In this document: positions 61,913 through 64,000 of the stretch, piece by piece
Layout of the letters: every line of letters starts with the position of its first letter
How positions within the stretch are numbered: position 1 is the stretch's first letter
Assembly: GCA_963742735.1 (NCBI GenBank)
Contig: CAVUMN010000004.1
Location: 256,001 to 320,000, forward strand
Length of the DNA stretch: 64,000 bases
Reading direction: 5' to 3'
From: an uncultured Actinomycetes bacterium
Lineage (GTDB): Bacteria; Actinomycetota; UBA4738; JBBDTT01
The notes under the pieces: generated by a model
What the model saw: only the letters and a program-made list of their open reading frames with translations
The model's database searches: none
What the model was told of the DNA's origin: nothing
Translations under genes and position numbers: made by a program

Positions 61913-62268
61913 CCGACGGGAGCGGGCGCGGCGAGCGCCGAGGACAGCAGCGCCATCGGCTCGGGCCGAAGGCTGAAGAACGCCCACCGTCCCCGCTGCT
62001 CTCGGTCGAGCAGGCCGGCGTCGGTGAGGACCTTCAGGTGATGGCTCACGGTCGGCTGGGAGAGCCCCAGCGGGATCGTCAGGTCGCACACGCACGCCTC
62101 GCCGTCGGGCTGGGCCCCGATCAGGCTCACCAGGCGCAGCCGCGCCGGGTCGGCGAGGACCCGGAGGGCGGCCGCCAGGTTCTCCGCGTCGCGCTCGTCC
62201 AGCGGCGCCTCGAGCACCGAGGGGCAGCACTGCGGCTCGATCCGCGCGATCGCCTTCATGGAGGACAT
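61909..62268 (-). CDS. arsR: ArsR/SmtB family transcriptional regulator
   Basis: CC pair, LADPARL, EACVCDL, SQPTVSHHL. Confidence 0.88.
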   Translation of the reverse strand: MSSMKAIARIEPQCCPSVLEAPLDERDAENLAAALRVLADPARLRLVSLIGAQPDGEACVCDLTIPLGLSQPTVSHHLKVLTDAGLLDREQRGRWAFFSLRPEPMALLSSALAAPAPVG

Positions 62269-62317
62269 ATTGACAGCGGTCGATACTTCCGTCAACGTAT
62301 CGATCTCCATCGATACG
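62268..62317. promoter_or_regulatory. two ArsR-type operator palindromes
   Basis: TATTGAC-N4-GTCGATA and CGTATCGAT-N4-ATCGATACG immediately upstream of arsR. Confidence 0.7.
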
Positions 62318-62423
62318 AGGGGAGGTGATCGCGCATGCGACGCGATCCGTGCTGTCCGCCCGACTGCTGCCCGCCCGGCGCCTGCGGCTGAACGTCGGCC
62401 GGTCCGGGGCGGGGACACACGTC

Positions 62424-63218
62424 TCAGCCCCGGATCGCGCCCATCTCCTGCCGGTCGGCCTCGTCGAACTCGCGGGGCGGACCCCCGCGGAACACGCTGC
62501 CGATGCTCACGTCCTCGATGGCCCAGAACATCACCGACCCGTCGCTGTTCGAATGCCCGGGATGCTCGGGATCCTCGTGGAACGCTCCCTGGCCGGTGAG
62601 GTTCACCAGCCCGAGCAGGTGGCCGAGCTCGTGGACGACGACGGCCGTCTCGAACCCCTCGTAGAACGCGCCCGCCAGCAGGGCCGACCGGATCCTGTGG
62701 GGGAAGATCGCGAACGCGGTCGCGGAGAAGGCCACCCCCACCGCCGACTCGTCCTCGAACCGCCCGCCGAGGACCATCACGTACACGCCCGCCGTCCCGT
62801 CGCCGGAGAGCGTCCCCCGGTTCGCCGCGGCGAGGCCGGCCAGATCCTCCGAGGTGTAGACGGCGCGCGACTCGACCGTCCCGTCCTCGGTGAAGGAGAC
62901 GGACTTGCCTCCGTGCTCCACGAGGTTCGACGCCAGCGCCTCGCGGGCCGTGGCCGACAGCGACTGGCCTTCGGACAGGTCGACCTCGATCTGCGCCCCG
63001 CCGACGTCCGAGGACAGGAGCGCCCGGGCGGCGGAGCCGACCGGCCCCGCGTCGTCGACGGACGACCCTCCGTTGGGCCCCGGCCCGGACGACCCTCCGT
63101 CACCGCCGCCGCCACCACCGGGACCGGAGTCGGTGACCTCGTCGATGACCTTCGCCGCCCGGTCGCAGGCGCCGAGCAGCAACGCGAGGACCAACAGCAG
63201 ACCGAGCGTTCGTCGCAC
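62424..63218 (-). CDS. lipoprotein zinc metalloprotease (metzincin-like)
   Basis: Lipobox LGAC, HELGHLLGL...H...SVM. Confidence 0.78.
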   Translation of the reverse strand: MRRTLGLLLVLALLLGACDRAAKVIDEVTDSGPGGGGGGDGGSSGPGPNGGSSVDDAGPVGSAARALLSSDVGGAQIEVDLSEGQSLSATAREALASNLVEHGGKSVSFTEDGTVESRAVYTSEDLAGLAAANRGTLSGDGTAGVYVMVLGGRFEDESAVGVAFSATAFAIFPHRIRSALLAGAFYEGFETAVVVHELGHLLGLVNLTGQGAFHEDPEHPGHSNSDGSVMFWAIEDVSIGSVFRGGPPREFDEADRQEMGAIRG

Positions 63219-63288
63219 CGGTGATGGCTACCCGCACCCAGCGGGCCGCACACCCTCCGGACGTCCGACCCGCTGCTACCGTGATCCG

Positions 63289-64000
63289 ATGCTTCGACGG
63301 ATCCTGGCCGCGCTGCTGTTGGTCGCCGCCGGGTGCACGGGCAGCGAAACACCCACCGCCGAGAACGAGCTGCTGATCGCGGTGAACGCGCCGTTCTCGG
63401 TCTCGCCGTATATCGGCGAGACCATCCTGAACGGCGTCCAGCTCGCCGCCGACCAGATCGAGGACGCAGGCGGGCTGAAGGCAGGGGGCACCACGTATCG
63501 CTTCACGATCAAGCGCTACGACAACGCGTTGTCGCCCGGACGCGCCCTGGACAACGTCCGAACCGCGCTCGAGGACGGCGCGGTGGCGATCGTGGACGAG
63601 GGCACGGGCCTGGACGCCACCTGGCAGGTCGCGGCGCAGGCGAAGGTCCCCATCTGCGTCGTGTATCAGGGCGGCCTGGGAATGGTGGATGCAGACGCTC
63701 GCCCCAATGTGTTCCGGATCGCCCCGACGGACCACGGCGTCGCCTTCCGGCTGGCCGAGTACCTGGTGCCCAAGGGGCTGAAGGTCGCGCTGGTCCACGA
63801 CGACTCCGACTACGGCCAGGGAGGGCGGCGGGCGTTCGACGAGGCCTTCGGTCACACGCCGGAAGCCATCGCCACGCGCGTGTCGGTCCCGGCCGCCTCC
63901 GCCGACATCGCGCCCCAGATCCTGAAGACCCGCCGGGAGGGGGCCACCGCCCTCGTGGTGTGGGGGCATTCCACGACCGTCGCCGAGGTCGTCCGCGCCG
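63289..64000 (+). CDS. partial ABC substrate-binding lipoprotein (branched-chain amino acid type)
   Basis: MLRRILAALLLVAAGC, GVQLAADQI...GG, NVFRIAP, DSDYG; runs off the window. Confidence 0.8.
   Translation, partial: MLRRILAALLLVAAGCTGSETPTAENELLIAVNAPFSVSPYIGETILNGVQLAADQIEDAGGLKAGGTTYRFTIKRYDNALSPGRALDNVRTALEDGAVAIVDEGTGLDATWQVAAQAKVPICVVYQGGLGMVDADARPNVFRIAPTDHGVAFRLAEYLVPKGLKVALVHDDSDYGQGGRRAFDEAFGHTPEAIATRVSVPAASADIAPQILKTRREGATALVVWGHSTTVAEVVRA

Overview
High-GC window from an Actinomycetota genome, probably a deep-branching class (inferred from gene order and a Firmicute-type sigH/yacL). The minus strand carries a conserved backbone: tRNA-Thr(CGT), a zincin, tilS, hpt, ftsH, folE // folP, folB, folK // panG-like, panC, panD, coaX, lysS // clpC // radA, carD, PIN-TRAM, ispD, ispF, rlmB, sigH, tRNA-Thr(TGT). 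Accessory blocks interrupt it. The main one is a ~16 kb insert between folE and folP. It holds five ECF sigma/single-pass anti-sigma-like pairs, each with its own AAC-type promoter, an identical 8-nt gene overlap and shuffled ectodomain modules. Inside this array, on the opposite strand, is a translationally coupled operon: class III cyclase-STAND-LuxR, a ferredoxin, and a UGA-readthrough selenoprotein with a SECIS-like hairpin, which the ORF track splits in two. Other points are a duplicated Zn-ribbon/pentapeptide membrane module, a secreted protease cluster, a candidate structured ncRNA after clpC and a bulged-A leader hairpin before the pan genes. Single-base indels in sigH, clpC and the panG-like gene are probably sequencing errors. 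I saw no CRISPR array, integrase or transposase. All calls are by eye and no searches were run.
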